Below, piece after piece: positions 53,594-63,358 of a stretch of DNA of 64,000 bases; the stretch's first letter is position 1, and each line of letters starts with the position of its first letter. The stretch covers positions 14,333 through 78,332 of the forward strand of contig JAMCTG010000002.1 in the NCBI GenBank assembly GCA_023379005.1. Reading direction: 5' to 3'. Below the pieces are notes generated by a model. The model saw only the letters and a list, made by a program, of their open reading frames with translations. It ran no database searches and was not told the origin of the DNA. Origin of the DNA: Candidatus Babelota bacterium. GTDB taxonomy: Bacteria; Babelota; Babeliae; Babelales; Babelaceae. The translations under genes and the position numbers were made by a program.

Positions 53594-54883
53594 CTATTTT
53601 TTAGATCTTAACAATCTATGATATTTGATTGCGAAATGGTGCGCATAGTCGCGCAGCGATATTAGTAATTTACCAAGAGGTTCTTGGACTTTGAGTTGCA
53701 ATGAAGCAGATTCACCAGGAATAAAAACTTGTTCTTCTCTTTTTGCAAGACTTATGATTTTTGCTTGCGGCAAAACTGAACATACTGAATTTAACTGCCC
53801 TTTTCCGCCATCGATTAAAATAACATCAGGCAAATCACCAAGACGATATCTGCGAGAAACAATTTCTTGCAATGCAGCATAATCATTTTGTTCAGTCAAA
53901 GTTTTAATTTTAAATCTTCTGAATTTATTTTTATCTGGTCTGCCATTTGTAAATCTAATGCATGAACCTGTCATATAACTGCTTTGAAAATGTGAGATAT
54001 CAAAACAATCAATAGTAATAGGAGTTTTATCTAATTTTAAAACTTTTTGTAATTCTAAAAGACCTTCATCAGTAATTGCAGGAATTTCTGCTCTGTCACT
54101 TGTTACAATTGCAATTGCTGTTCGATATTTTTTTTCAGAAAAACCAGTTTTAATTGTTTCGAAAATAATTTCGACATCATCTAGATATTTATTTAAATGA
54201 CGAGATTTTTCAAATTCAAAATTTTGATTATGTTCTTTAATCTTATTTAAAATCGTATTTTTAAATTCTTTATGATTGCCATCAATTGCCTGTTGAGCTA
54301 ATTGAACTCGAATTTTATAATCTTCTGAATTAAATATTTTTGTGCAGTTTCCAGCACAGTTTCCCATGTGGAAATCAAGACATCCGGATTCAATTTCTGT
54401 TTTACACATTCGTAATTTAAAAGTTCTTACAAGATAATCATAAGTACTTCTTGCGCTGCCTTTGTGTAAAAACGGACCAAAATAAGTTCCTTTTTCGCCT
54501 TTTATTCGAACTAATTTAAATTCAGGAACTTCAGTGTTGGTAATTAATATATATAAAAATGGATTACCATTTTTTAATAAGACATTAAATTTTGGCTTAT
54601 ATTCTTTAATAAGCTGAGCTTCTAAAAGTAATGCTTCTGTTTCATTTTTAGTCAGAATATGTTCAAGACTAGAATATTCTGCAATAAGATCTTTTACTTT
54701 CCAATCCTGATTTTGTTTTGAAAAATAAGAAGCAATCCTTTTCTTTAAAGATTTAGCCTTACCTACATAAATGATGGTATTGGTCGTATCTTTAAAGATA
54801 TAAATTCCTGGTAAATTCGGTAATGATTCTTTAATTTTGATATCTTGAATATTCATATAATTAAATATAACAAAATCTATCAA
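53594..54883 (-). CDS. uvrC: excinuclease ABC subunit C lacking the C-terminal (HhH)2 domain
   Basis: GIY-YIG (PGIYIFKDTTNTIIYVGKAKSLKKRIASYF), UVR-like segment (FEFEKSRHLNKYL), EndoV-like domain (IDCFDISHFQ...), ends DYAHHFAIKYHRLLRSKK; probable start at the ATG at 54856 (MNIQD). Confidence 0.75.
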   Translation of the reverse strand: MIDFVIFNYMNIQDIKIKESLPNLPGIYIFKDTTNTIIYVGKAKSLKKRIASYFSKQNQDWKVKDLIAEYSSLEHILTKNETEALLLEAQLIKEYKPKFNVLLKNGNPFLYILITNTEVPEFKLVRIKGEKGTYFGPFLHKGSARSTYDYLVRTFKLRMCKTEIESGCLDFHMGNCAGNCTKIFNSEDYKIRVQLAQQAIDGNHKEFKNTILNKIKEHNQNFEFEKSRHLNKYLDDVEIIFETIKTGFSEKKYRTAIAIVTSDRAEIPAITDEGLLELQKVLKLDKTPITIDCFDISHFQSSYMTGSCIRFTNGRPDKNKFRRFKIKTLTEQNDYAALQEIVSRRYRLGDLPDVILIDGGKGQLNSVCSVLPQAKIISLAKREEQVFIPGESASLQLKVQEPLGKLLISLRDYAHHFAIKYHRLLRSKK

Positions 54884-54919
54884 AATTGTCTATTTGTAAT
54901 AATGATTTTGGGGGGGTTT

Positions 54920-55723
54920 TTACTCAATTAACTGAGACAAAAAATCTATTTTATTAATTAATTCAGATATTTCCTTGCTGTGATATGGTATAGACTTTAA
55001 AAATTTTAGTGCTTGTTCATAATTATTTTGTTCATAATATATGAGTCCTATTTGGTAATTTGCATCCACTTGAAACCATAAAAGAAGTTCTAAATGCTTA
55101 GACGCTGCACTTTTTAAATAAAAAAGAGCTTCATCATATTTTTTTAAATTGACAAAAAACATCCCCAAATGATATTCCGCTTCTTTTTTGCTCGATAAAT
55201 CTCTGGTGCACCGAGCTAATTGGAAATATTTTAATGCTTCATCATATTTGTTTTGCTGTTCATAAATTCTTGCAATAAATAATTGAGAATAACCTTTTTT
55301 AAAATTCTCAAAATCAGTATTTCCGGATTCTGACTCAATTGCTTTAAATAAAGTTATCGCTTTCTCATAATCTTTTGCCAAAAATAAATTTAATGCCTCG
55401 TTATATTTATTAGATAAATCATCTAATTTAGATTTTAATCTAGCTTTATTTTCATTTCTTCTATTTGCACGTTTTATATTGCCTGGTATTTCATCTTCTA
55501 ATTGTCGTTTGCGTTTATCTTTTTCAGTTTCAACAACTTTTTGCTTTTCCTGTTCTTTTTCGATTGTTGGAAATAATTGCGTATCTAGAGATTGAGATGA
55601 CTGTTTCATCATATCTAATATTTCTTGAATTTCCTTTTCTTGCTCGCTAAACGGTTCAGATTCCATTGCTAATGTAAAAGAATTTATGCATGTAAACATA
55701 AGTATATATTTTATTTTATTCAT
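54920..55723 (-). CDS. exported TPR-repeat protein
   Basis: 267 aa; leader ...INSFTLA/M; repeated Y-x-x-A-x-x-x-F/Y motifs (YEKAITLFKAI, YDEALKYFQLA, YDEALFYLKSA, YEQALKFLKSI). Confidence 0.65.
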   Translation of the reverse strand: MNKIKYILMFTCINSFTLAMESEPFSEQEKEIQEILDMMKQSSQSLDTQLFPTIEKEQEKQKVVETEKDKRKRQLEDEIPGNIKRANRRNENKARLKSKLDDLSNKYNEALNLFLAKDYEKAITLFKAIESESGNTDFENFKKGYSQLFIARIYEQQNKYDEALKYFQLARCTRDLSSKKEAEYHLGMFFVNLKKYDEALFYLKSAASKHLELLLWFQVDANYQIGLIYYEQNNYEQALKFLKSIPYHSKEISELINKIDFLSQLIE

Positions 55724-55925
55724 TTTTTTATTTTTTATGCCTATTGATATGGTAGATTCATTAATAACAATTAATATACTAAATTTTTTTAAGATTATAT
55801 ATTTGAAATAATAGAAAATTAAATTCTAATTCATCTTAAATATCTCAATTTTCAGCTAAATTCTTTTCATTTTAGTCTATTTTCAATTAATATTAGAAAC
55901 AATAATTACTGATCAAAAGGATTTT

Positions 55926-56135
55926 ATGAATCAAAAACTTAATAATTTTATAAGCTTATTTGCTATTATTTTAGGGTTATTTCTAATAATTTGGGGAATG
56001 TCTTACTTTGCAATACCTTTGATTTTGATTTTATTAGGAATAGCTGCAATGGGGTATGGTTTTAAGTTAAGAGGAGGGGTTTATAGATCTGCAATGGTTT
56101 TTATGAGTAATTTTTCTAAGTTTCAAAAACGTTAA
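55926..56135 (+). CDS. small two-TM membrane protein
   Basis: 69 aa; AAAGGA SD; two hydrophobic helices. Confidence 0.4.
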   Translation: MNQKLNNFISLFAIILGLFLIIWGMSYFAIPLILILLGIAAMGYGFKLRGGVYRSAMVFMSNFSKFQKR

Positions 56136-56153
56136 TTAAAAAAAGGAGACGTA

Positions 56154-56834
56154 ATGAATTTTCCACATAACAAAAGTGTGTTTTCGATAAAAGAGGCATT
56201 AGCTTATCCATTTGTAACATTTTATAATAGGCCATTAGCTGTTTTAGGCATAACACTTTCTGCATTTATTTATTTTATTCCGACATTTATATTGGCTGGG
56301 ATTTTCTTTTTATTAAATAGAGATACTTTACTATATAGTAACTTTACTTTTACAAATCTATTATATAATAAAATTAATTTGATACTTGTAATAGCAATAT
56401 TGTTGATAGGAATAATTGGAGTTTTGTGGTATCGAGTTTTCTTAATTAGCTCAGCAGTTAAACTTTACAATAAAAAAGAAATTGAATTTTCTGATTTATT
56501 TGAAAAATCTGATTCTATTTTAAAATTGCTTGGATATTATATTTTATTCGGGTTGTTATTTGCATTAGGTTTAGTTTTATTAGTTATTCCTGGAATATAT
56601 TGGTACATAACTTATGTTTTTGGAGAATTTTTTATTGTAGATAAAGGTGCTGATGTATTTGAGGCTTTTACTAAATCTGCAAAAATAACAAGTGGATTAA
56701 AATTAAAACTTTTCGGTTATTTTATTTTATTAACTATTTTGGTCAGTCTACTTTCATTAGTTCCAATTGTGGCTATTTTGATAGAACCGATCAGAATAAT
56801 TTCTAAAGTTTACGTATACAAAAAAATTTCATAA
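56154..56834 (+). CDS. polytopic membrane protein of unknown function
   Basis: 226 aa; AAGGAG SD; 4-5 predicted TM helices. Confidence 0.45.
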   Translation: MNFPHNKSVFSIKEALAYPFVTFYNRPLAVLGITLSAFIYFIPTFILAGIFFLLNRDTLLYSNFTFTNLLYNKINLILVIAILLIGIIGVLWYRVFLISSAVKLYNKKEIEFSDLFEKSDSILKLLGYYILFGLLFALGLVLLVIPGIYWYITYVFGEFFIVDKGADVFEAFTKSAKITSGLKLKLFGYFILLTILVSLLSLVPIVAILIEPIRIISKVYVYKKIS

Positions 56835-58649
56835 TCTGCGTTTAAATTTTTTTTCGAGTTCCATAAGCTCGATTGACCAAAAAGTTGGTCTCCCGTGAGG
56901 GCAGGTGAACCTGTTAGCGCATTTGTAAAGGTCGCTGACGAGTTGTTCCATTTCGATTTCTGTTAATAAATCGCCTGCTTTAACCGCAGCTTTGCAAGCC
57001 ATCTGTGCACGCATTTTTTCAATTAATATTTTTTTTGCATCTTCATGATTGAAATTATTTTGCTCATCTAAAATGGAAATTAATGATTTAACAATTTCTT
57101 CTACTGATTGTTTTTGCAAAAATTGTGGAATACTTTTGACAACTATTTCTTCGGTTCCAAATTGTTCTATTTCAATTCCATTGTCTTTAAAAATAGAGAT
57201 AGATTCATTAAGAATGTTTAAATCGTCTTTAGATATCTTAATAATTTTTGGAGAAATTAAATTATTCGTGTTTGCAAGATTAAATTTTTGTTCAAATTTT
57301 TCATACAAAATTCTTTCATGAGCAGCATGTTGATCGACAAAAACTGTTCCTTCTTGATTTTGTAAAATAATGTAAGTTTTATGAAGTTGTCCAAGAATTT
57401 TAAAATTTTGAGTTGTATTTATAATAGTGTTTTGAGTTTCTTGAACAATTGTTTGATATTGAGAGACGGCTGCAGAGTTAAAACTTTTATTTATTGTTTC
57501 AGAGAAATCTTTATTTTCCGAAGGCTGCCTGTTCTGCAAATCCATAAAATTTATCGGAGGCCTGCCCGCCGTAGCCTCTGGCGAAGGCTGGGAGGGTTTT
57601 TCAATAGTTATTGATAGTGAATCTGTTTTTGAAGCAGGCAATAATAAACTTTGCAAATATTGCTCAAGTCTTATTTTGGTCATTTTTTCAATCAACATAT
57701 CAATAGTTCTAGGATGCAAAAATAAAATTTCGTCCTTTCGTGGATGAATATTCACATCAATATTTTTTGGATTAATTTTAATAAAAATAAAAGCCGAGGG
57801 AAATTTTCCTGCGGGCAAAATATTTAAATAACCCTTAATTAATGCTTGAGATAATTTATAGTTTTTTACCCATCGAGAATTTACAAAAAAATAAATCAAA
57901 TTTCTGTCATAACGAGAAAATTGTGGTTGTGATATTCCACCGATAATTTCAGCTTGCGCAAATTCATCTTTAATTGAACAATCTAAAATATTATTAGATA
58001 AATTATTATCAAAAATTTGTGCAATTCTTTTTTTAAATGAATCCACGGCTGGGCAGTTATATAAAATTTTATCATCTGAATAAAATTTAAAAGCGACATC
58101 AAAATAATTTAAAGACATCGCATAAAATATTTGTAATATTGCACGCTGCTCTGTTTCTTTTGTTTTTAAAAATTTTTTTCTTGCAGGGACATTGTCGAAA
58201 ATATTTTGAATTTCAATTTCTGTTCCAATATTTAAAGCAATTTTTTCTTCTTTTAAAATATTTGAGTTTGCAATATGTAAAGCTGTTCCTTCTTTAAAAT
58301 TTGCATGTCTTGTTTTTAAAGTTACAGAACTTACCGAACAAATACTCGAAAGAGCTTCTCCACGAAATCCATGAGTATTTAAAGTTTCAAGATCATCGAC
58401 TGAAGAAATTTTGCTAGTTGTATGATGCAAAATAGACATCTTTGCATCTTGCTCAGACATGCCACAGCCATCATCGACAATCTTGATTAATTTTTTTCCA
58501 CCTTCTTTTATATAAATGGAAATATTTTTTGCACCGGCATCAATAGAATTTTCAAGTAATTCTTTAACAATATTGGCAGGCCTTTCGACCACTTCTCCAG
58601 CTGCAATTTTTTGTGCTTCATGTGGCGGTAGTTGTTTGATGATGTTCAT
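56829..58649 (-). CDS. mutL: DNA mismatch repair protein MutL
   Basis: Start set at MNIIKQLPPHEAQKIAAGEVVERPANIVKELLENSIDAG (58649); GHKL ATPase motifs (DDGCGM, GFRGEAL); C-terminal endonuclease-type domain (DQHAAHERILYE, CPHGRPT). Confidence 0.92.
   Translation of the reverse strand: MNIIKQLPPHEAQKIAAGEVVERPANIVKELLENSIDAGAKNISIYIKEGGKKLIKIVDDGCGMSEQDAKMSILHHTTSKISSVDDLETLNTHGFRGEALSSICSVSSVTLKTRHANFKEGTALHIANSNILKEEKIALNIGTEIEIQNIFDNVPARKKFLKTKETEQRAILQIFYAMSLNYFDVAFKFYSDDKILYNCPAVDSFKKRIAQIFDNNLSNNILDCSIKDEFAQAEIIGGISQPQFSRYDRNLIYFFVNSRWVKNYKLSQALIKGYLNILPAGKFPSAFIFIKINPKNIDVNIHPRKDEILFLHPRTIDMLIEKMTKIRLEQYLQSLLLPASKTDSLSITIEKPSQPSPEATAGRPPINFMDLQNRQPSENKDFSETINKSFNSAAVSQYQTIVQETQNTIINTTQNFKILGQLHKTYIILQNQEGTVFVDQHAAHERILYEKFEQKFNLANTNNLISPKIIKISKDDLNILNESISIFKDNGIEIEQFGTEEIVVKSIPQFLQKQSVEEIVKSLISILDEQNNFNHEDAKKILIEKMRAQMACKAAVKAGDLLTEIEMEQLVSDLYKCANRFTCPHGRPTFWSIELMELEKKFKRRL
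57519..57590. repeat. 9-bp direct repeats (CGAAGGCTG) 63 nt apart, bracketing a GC-rich in-frame segment of the mutL linker
   Basis: cgaaggctg at 57519-57527 and 57582-57590; the interval includes ggaggcctgcccgccgtagcctctgg, by eye about 70% GC against a roughly 25-30% background; encodes QPS-PEATAGRPPINFMDLQNR-QPS. Confidence 0.5.
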
Positions 58650-58726
58650 AATGATAATTTTTTTCTTATATATATATATTTTATAATGTAACACAAAAAA
58701 TTATTTAAAAAAAATTGCAAAAAAAT

Positions 58727-58751
58727 AGGCCAACAAATTTCTTGTTGGCCT
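58727..58751 (-). terminator. intrinsic terminator after the Cys-rich protein gene
   Basis: aggccaaca / tgttggcct: 9-bp stem, 7-nt loop; on the minus strand it is followed by auuuuuuugcaauuuuuuuu. Confidence 0.65.
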
Positions 58752-58769
58752 TATAAATTATTTAATTAA

Positions 58770-59249
58770 TTAAAATATTGCTTCAGCAATAACTGCGCTT
58801 GTGAAATATTTCATCCATTCAGCTTTGTCTTCTTTCAACATTCTCATTAATCTATCTAATGTATTTCTCATTGGTGATCTATCACAACAAGAACTACCAC
58901 GCGTTTCGCAATCTTTTGTCATTTCTTGTGCTGGTGCAGGTTTTGGTTTTGAACATGCACATTTAGATTTATCTTCCATATTCAAATAACGTTGCATACA
59001 TTTCATTGTATAAAATGTCATGACTGCTGGAGCCATTTTGCAGGCAACTCTTCTGTATATTGGCGCAGCATCTCCATCTTTTCCAAGGAAGAAATTTTTA
59101 CCACAGTGTCTGTAGCTATCAAGACATGACCAAATAGACCAGGAAGAAGCTGGAGGGGTTGTACTATCAGTACTCATTGCAGAAGTTGATGCTACGAATG
59201 CAAATGCTGCAAGAGCAAAAAGTTTATTGAAGTGTGAAGATATAATCAT
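58770..59249 (-). CDS. exported cysteine-rich protein, compositional outlier
   Basis: 159 aa; AAAGGA SD; leader ...FVASTSA/M; nine Cys in the mature part (about 135 aa), rich in A/M/R/P, unlike its K/N/I-rich neighbours; visibly higher GC; has its own terminator. Confidence 0.55.
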   Translation of the reverse strand: MIISSHFNKLFALAAFAFVASTSAMSTDSTTPPASSWSIWSCLDSYRHCGKNFFLGKDGDAAPIYRRVACKMAPAVMTFYTMKCMQRYLNMEDKSKCACSKPKPAPAQEMTKDCETRGSSCCDRSPMRNTLDRLMRMLKEDKAEWMKYFTSAVIAEAIF

Positions 59250-59303
59250 AAAATATCCTTTCTTATAAAATTCACCGCCGACAATTATAAAATTCTTTTT
59301 TTA

Positions 59304-60713
59304 TTAAGTAAAATTAATTTTTCTTGAGTTGCCAATATTAGAGTATTTGAAATTTAAATCATTTAAAATTTTAATGTCAACAATATTTCTTGCATCAACA
59401 ACAAAGTGATTTTTCATTAATTTTTTTATTTTATTCCAATCCAATTCTTTAAATTCTTGCCACTCTGTTAAAATTACAGCGCAATCTGAATTTTCTAATG
59501 CATCATACTCATTTGCGCAATATTCAATATCATGAATTTCTCTTTTCATATTATCCATTGCAATAGGGTCATAAGCTTTAATATTTGCACCAAAAGTTTT
59601 TAACTTTTCCATGATTGTAATTGCAGGTGAATATCGAACATCATCAGTGTTTGGCTTAAATGATAATCCTAAAATTGTAATATTTTTATTTTTTAAATTA
59701 CCATCGAAAAATTTTAAGATTTTTTTAAAAATATAATTTACTTGTTCTTCATTTACATCAATTGCGGCGCGAATTACTTTTAAGTCTAAACCATTTGAAG
59801 CAGCGGTATATAATAATGCTTGAGTATCTTTTGGAAAACATGAACCACCAAAACCAGGTCCTGGTTTTAAAAATTCAGGACCAATTCTGTGGTCAAGGCC
59901 CATGCCTTTTGCAACTGCGTCAATATTGGCACCAGTAATGTCGCACAATTTAGCCATTTCATTAATAAAAGAAATTTTAACTGCCAAAAATGAATTTGAT
60001 GCATATTTAATTGTTTCAGCACTTAAAAGATCTGTTAAAACAAAAGGAACATTTCTTTCGATAAAAGGAAAATAAACTTCTTCCATTAATGCAAATGCTC
60101 TTTCATTTTCTGCGCCAATTACAACTCGGTCTGGTTTTATAAAATCCAATATTGCACTTCCTTCGCGTAAAAATTCAGAATTATTTACAATATCGAATGT
60201 AATATTGTTTGAACAATTTTCACCTATAATTTGTTTTACCAAATTACTTGTTCCTACTGGCACTGTACTTTTCATGCAAATAAGTTTGTATTCATTTAAA
60301 TTTTTACCAATTGTTTTGGCTACAGATTTGACTGCATCAATATTTGCTTTGCCATCTTCAGCCATTGGGGTATTAACCGCGACAAAAATTATTTCATTAT
60401 TTTTTATTGCTTCACCAATATTTGTCGAAAATGATAAATTTCCTGTTTTGATATTTCTGCTTACAAGAATATCTAAGCCGGGCTCATAAATTGGAATTAT
60501 GGAATTTCTAAGACTATCAATTTTTTTTTCATCAATGTCTGCGCAAGTAACATTATGATTAAAATCAGCAAGACATGCTCCAAGAACTAATCCAACATAA
60601 CCAGTTCCAATTACTGCAATATTTTTTTTATGTTCTTTTGCATTTCTATAATGATCCTCAAATGACAATATTGTTAAAAAATAAAATAAAAATAAATATA
60701 TAATTTGCTTCAT
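59304..60713 (-). CDS. ugd: UDP-glucose 6-dehydrogenase with an N-terminal hydrophobic extension
   Basis: 469 aa; IAVIGTGYVGLVLGACLA (Rossmann fold), GGSCFPKD catalytic Cys motif; preceded by about 30 aa, MKQIIYLFLFYFLTILSFEDHY..., with no internal ATG before the GxGxxG. Confidence 0.88.
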   Translation of the reverse strand: MKQIIYLFLFYFLTILSFEDHYRNAKEHKKNIAVIGTGYVGLVLGACLADFNHNVTCADIDEKKIDSLRNSIIPIYEPGLDILVSRNIKTGNLSFSTNIGEAIKNNEIIFVAVNTPMAEDGKANIDAVKSVAKTIGKNLNEYKLICMKSTVPVGTSNLVKQIIGENCSNNITFDIVNNSEFLREGSAILDFIKPDRVVIGAENERAFALMEEVYFPFIERNVPFVLTDLLSAETIKYASNSFLAVKISFINEMAKLCDITGANIDAVAKGMGLDHRIGPEFLKPGPGFGGSCFPKDTQALLYTAASNGLDLKVIRAAIDVNEEQVNYIFKKILKFFDGNLKNKNITILGLSFKPNTDDVRYSPAITIMEKLKTFGANIKAYDPIAMDNMKREIHDIEYCANEYDALENSDCAVILTEWQEFKELDWNKIKKLMKNHFVVDARNIVDIKILNDLNFKYSNIGNSRKINFT

Positions 60714-60726
60714 TAGATCTCTCTTT

Positions 60727-62271
60727 TTATTGATTCAAAAAATGCATAAACGTATCTTCAATTCCTTCATCAAGTTTAACTTTAGGATGATAATTTAACT
60801 TTGAAGAAATTTTTCTTATGTCCGGACATCTTAACTTCGGGTCTGTTGAATCTATTTGTTCTACAAATTCTATTTCTGGTAAATAATTAAGATATGTTTG
60901 ACCAATATTTTGTAATTTTTTTGCCAAATCCACAATTGTAAATTCATCTGTATTACCCACATTGAAAATTCTACCTTCTATATTTTTTTCTGATGATAAT
61001 TCGTCAGCTTCTAAAACTTTTAGAATTCCATCAATCATATCTGAAATGTATGTAAAACTTCTGGTCTGCATTCCATTTCCATAAATTTTCATTGGTTTAT
61101 TTTGCAAAATATTTTTAATAAAATTTGTAACTACTCTGCCATCATTTAAAGACATACCAGGTCCGTATGTGTTAAAAATTCTTACGATTCTTGCGTCTAT
61201 ATTATAATTTTCAAAATAAATTTTAATTAAGGTCTCTGCTCCTCGTTTTGACTCATCATATTGTGCTCGTATTCCAATTGGATTAACATTTCCAGCGTAA
61301 TTTTCATTTTGAGGATGTTCTTTAGGATCACCATAAATTTCGGATGTAGAGCTAAATAAATATCTAGCTTTTTTTCTTACAGCTAAATCTAATGTATTTT
61401 TTGTGCCATGAAGTCCAGCGCATAAAGTTTCTATAGGAAGTCTGTAGTAAAATTCAGGACTTGGAACTGATGCAAGATGAACAATAATATCTATCAGTCC
61501 TTTGACATCAAAAGGTAAAGATACATCTACTTTGTGAAATTCAAAATTTTCGTTATCTAACAAATCTGTGATATTTGATTTGCTTGCACACAATAAATTA
61601 TCCAGAACAATCACATAATGCCCTTTGTCTAAAAGAGCTCGTGATAAATGGCTTCCAATGAATCCTGCTCCACCTGTTATCAAGATTCTTTTTTGATTAT
61701 TATTTATTTTACATTTCGGTGTTATGATGATTGGTCTATTAATGATGGGGTCAACAAAAATTTCAGTTAGATTAAGATCTTTATTGGGGTCGTCTTCTTT
61801 AGAAATATCTTTAAACGAAAATATCCTTTTTTCAAAACTTCTTTTATCTTCCATTCGTTTTAAATAAACTTGTTTTAAAGCATTATCTAGTTCCTGTTCC
61901 GAAAAATTATCTGGTAATAATAAAACTCTTACATCTAAATTTTTTATCTGTCTAAATCCTACACTTGCCCATGTTAATGCTACTCGGGATCCTTCAATTA
62001 GTGGAGCATTTTTATCTGTAGTTTTTGTATTTTGATTATTTTCAGGAATTGCCAAAATTACTGGCAAATTATGACGTTCAGCAATATCTATTAAATATGA
62101 AAAATCAAAAATTGCTTCATGGAAATAATCATTTTGCAGTTTTCGGCTATTCACATTTAAAGTAAATACACATGCGACAGGCTGTTTTCCTTCATTTAAT
62201 GTAAAAAAATGTTGTGAATAGATGTTAAAAATGGCGAGTAAAATAAAAAATTGATGCTTGAAAAGTTTCAT
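60727..62271 (-). CDS. UDP-glucuronate decarboxylase (UDP-xylose synthase)-like SDR with a 190-aa N-terminal extension
   Basis: 514 aa; C-terminal 320 aa: RILITGGAGFIGSHL, STSEIYG, YDESKRGAE (extended SDR, UXS/ArnA-decarboxylase type); N-terminal leader MKLFKHQFFILLAIFNIYS/Q plus an unassigned domain. Confidence 0.7.
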   Translation of the reverse strand: MKLFKHQFFILLAIFNIYSQHFFTLNEGKQPVACVFTLNVNSRKLQNDYFHEAIFDFSYLIDIAERHNLPVILAIPENNQNTKTTDKNAPLIEGSRVALTWASVGFRQIKNLDVRVLLLPDNFSEQELDNALKQVYLKRMEDKRSFEKRIFSFKDISKEDDPNKDLNLTEIFVDPIINRPIIITPKCKINNNQKRILITGGAGFIGSHLSRALLDKGHYVIVLDNLLCASKSNITDLLDNENFEFHKVDVSLPFDVKGLIDIIVHLASVPSPEFYYRLPIETLCAGLHGTKNTLDLAVRKKARYLFSSTSEIYGDPKEHPQNENYAGNVNPIGIRAQYDESKRGAETLIKIYFENYNIDARIVRIFNTYGPGMSLNDGRVVTNFIKNILQNKPMKIYGNGMQTRSFTYISDMIDGILKVLEADELSSEKNIEGRIFNVGNTDEFTIVDLAKKLQNIGQTYLNYLPEIEFVEQIDSTDPKLRCPDIRKISSKLNYHPKVKLDEGIEDTFMHFLNQ

Positions 62272-62368
62272 ATTTTTTTCCTAAATATTTTTTTTAAGAT
62301 GAATATTATTTTTTTTAAATGATGTCAATCTATTGAAATTTTCTTAAATTCAAAATAAGATTGCGAAA

Positions 62369-63358
62369 ATGGTTAAAAAAAAGAAAAAAACTATGATGCA
62401 AATTATTTTTAAAAAAAATACAATTTATTCGATCTTTGCTTTAGCTACTATATTTAGTTGCTATAGCTTAACAAAAAAAACATCTCATAATAAAAATCTT
62501 AAAGATCTTCAGAAATACTTTTCTACTTGGGGTTACGTCAAAGATCCACAAAAAAGACATTCAAGTTATCCCTATATTTCGGGAGATACATTCAGAACAA
62601 TTTGCAATTTTATAATAGATGAAACTGAAATCCCTTTTGATCCTGACAAAGTCAAACAAGGAGATATAATATTTATTTGTCCTAGATTACTTGAACCATT
62701 TTTTAAATATTATCACCCATTAATTCAATGTAGATACAAAATTTTAACTCACAATGAAGATATGGGAATTGCTGGAAAATTTAGCAATTATTTAGATGAT
62801 GAAAAAATAATTGCTTGGTTTGGCCAAAATGTTGAAGAAGTTCATCCAAAATTAATTCCGATCCCAATTGGGATTGCAAATTTATATTGGCCACATGGAG
62901 ATGTCAGAGTTTTTAGCAATGTACGTTCACAACTTAATAATGTTACAAAAAATAAATTACTTTATATGAACTTTAATCCCAGTACAAATTTGACCGAACG
63001 TTCAAAAGTGTATGAAATATTTAATAACAAATCTTTTTGTTTTAAATCTCCACAGAAGGACATTTTCAGTTATTTAAAAGACTGTACAGAATCTAAATTT
63101 GTTTTAAGCCCAAGAGGAAATGGATTAGATTGTCATAGAACGTGGGAAATATTTTTAATGGGTGCGTATCCAATTGTCAAAACGAGTGCGTGTGACAAAA
63201 TGTATGAAGATATGCCTGTTTTAATAATTAATGATTGGAATGAGGTAACAGAAGATTTTTTAAATACAAAATATGAAGAAATGAAAAATAAAAAATATAA
63301 TCATGAAAAGATCTTTGCTGATTATTGGTTTAACTTAATTAAAAGTTATAAATCATGA
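62369..63358 (+). CDS. membrane-anchored glycosyltransferase-like protein (exostosin/GT47-like C-terminal motif)
   Basis: 329 aa; K-rich N-terminus plus TM (IYSIFALATIFSCYSL); FVLSPRGNGLDCHRTWEIFLMGAYPIV resembles the exostosin motif (C/F)LxPxGxxxxSxRxxExxxxGCIPV. Confidence 0.4.
   Translation: MVKKKKKTMMQIIFKKNTIYSIFALATIFSCYSLTKKTSHNKNLKDLQKYFSTWGYVKDPQKRHSSYPYISGDTFRTICNFIIDETEIPFDPDKVKQGDIIFICPRLLEPFFKYYHPLIQCRYKILTHNEDMGIAGKFSNYLDDEKIIAWFGQNVEEVHPKLIPIPIGIANLYWPHGDVRVFSNVRSQLNNVTKNKLLYMNFNPSTNLTERSKVYEIFNNKSFCFKSPQKDIFSYLKDCTESKFVLSPRGNGLDCHRTWEIFLMGAYPIVKTSACDKMYEDMPVLIINDWNEVTEDFLNTKYEEMKNKKYNHEKIFADYWFNLIKSYKS

Noticed and set aside
20185-58694. N-terminal extensions proposed by the longest-ORF rule (20185 TTG, 25156, 27336 TTG, 40186, 47339, 53553, 58694, 18071 GTG, 2232)
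   Set aside because: In each case a downstream ATG restores the conserved family N-terminus or the typical MKK leader. In several of them (2211, 18113, 25108, 47309, 53529) it is also preceded by a Shine-Dalgarno-like sequence. The extensions overlap upstream genes or terminators.
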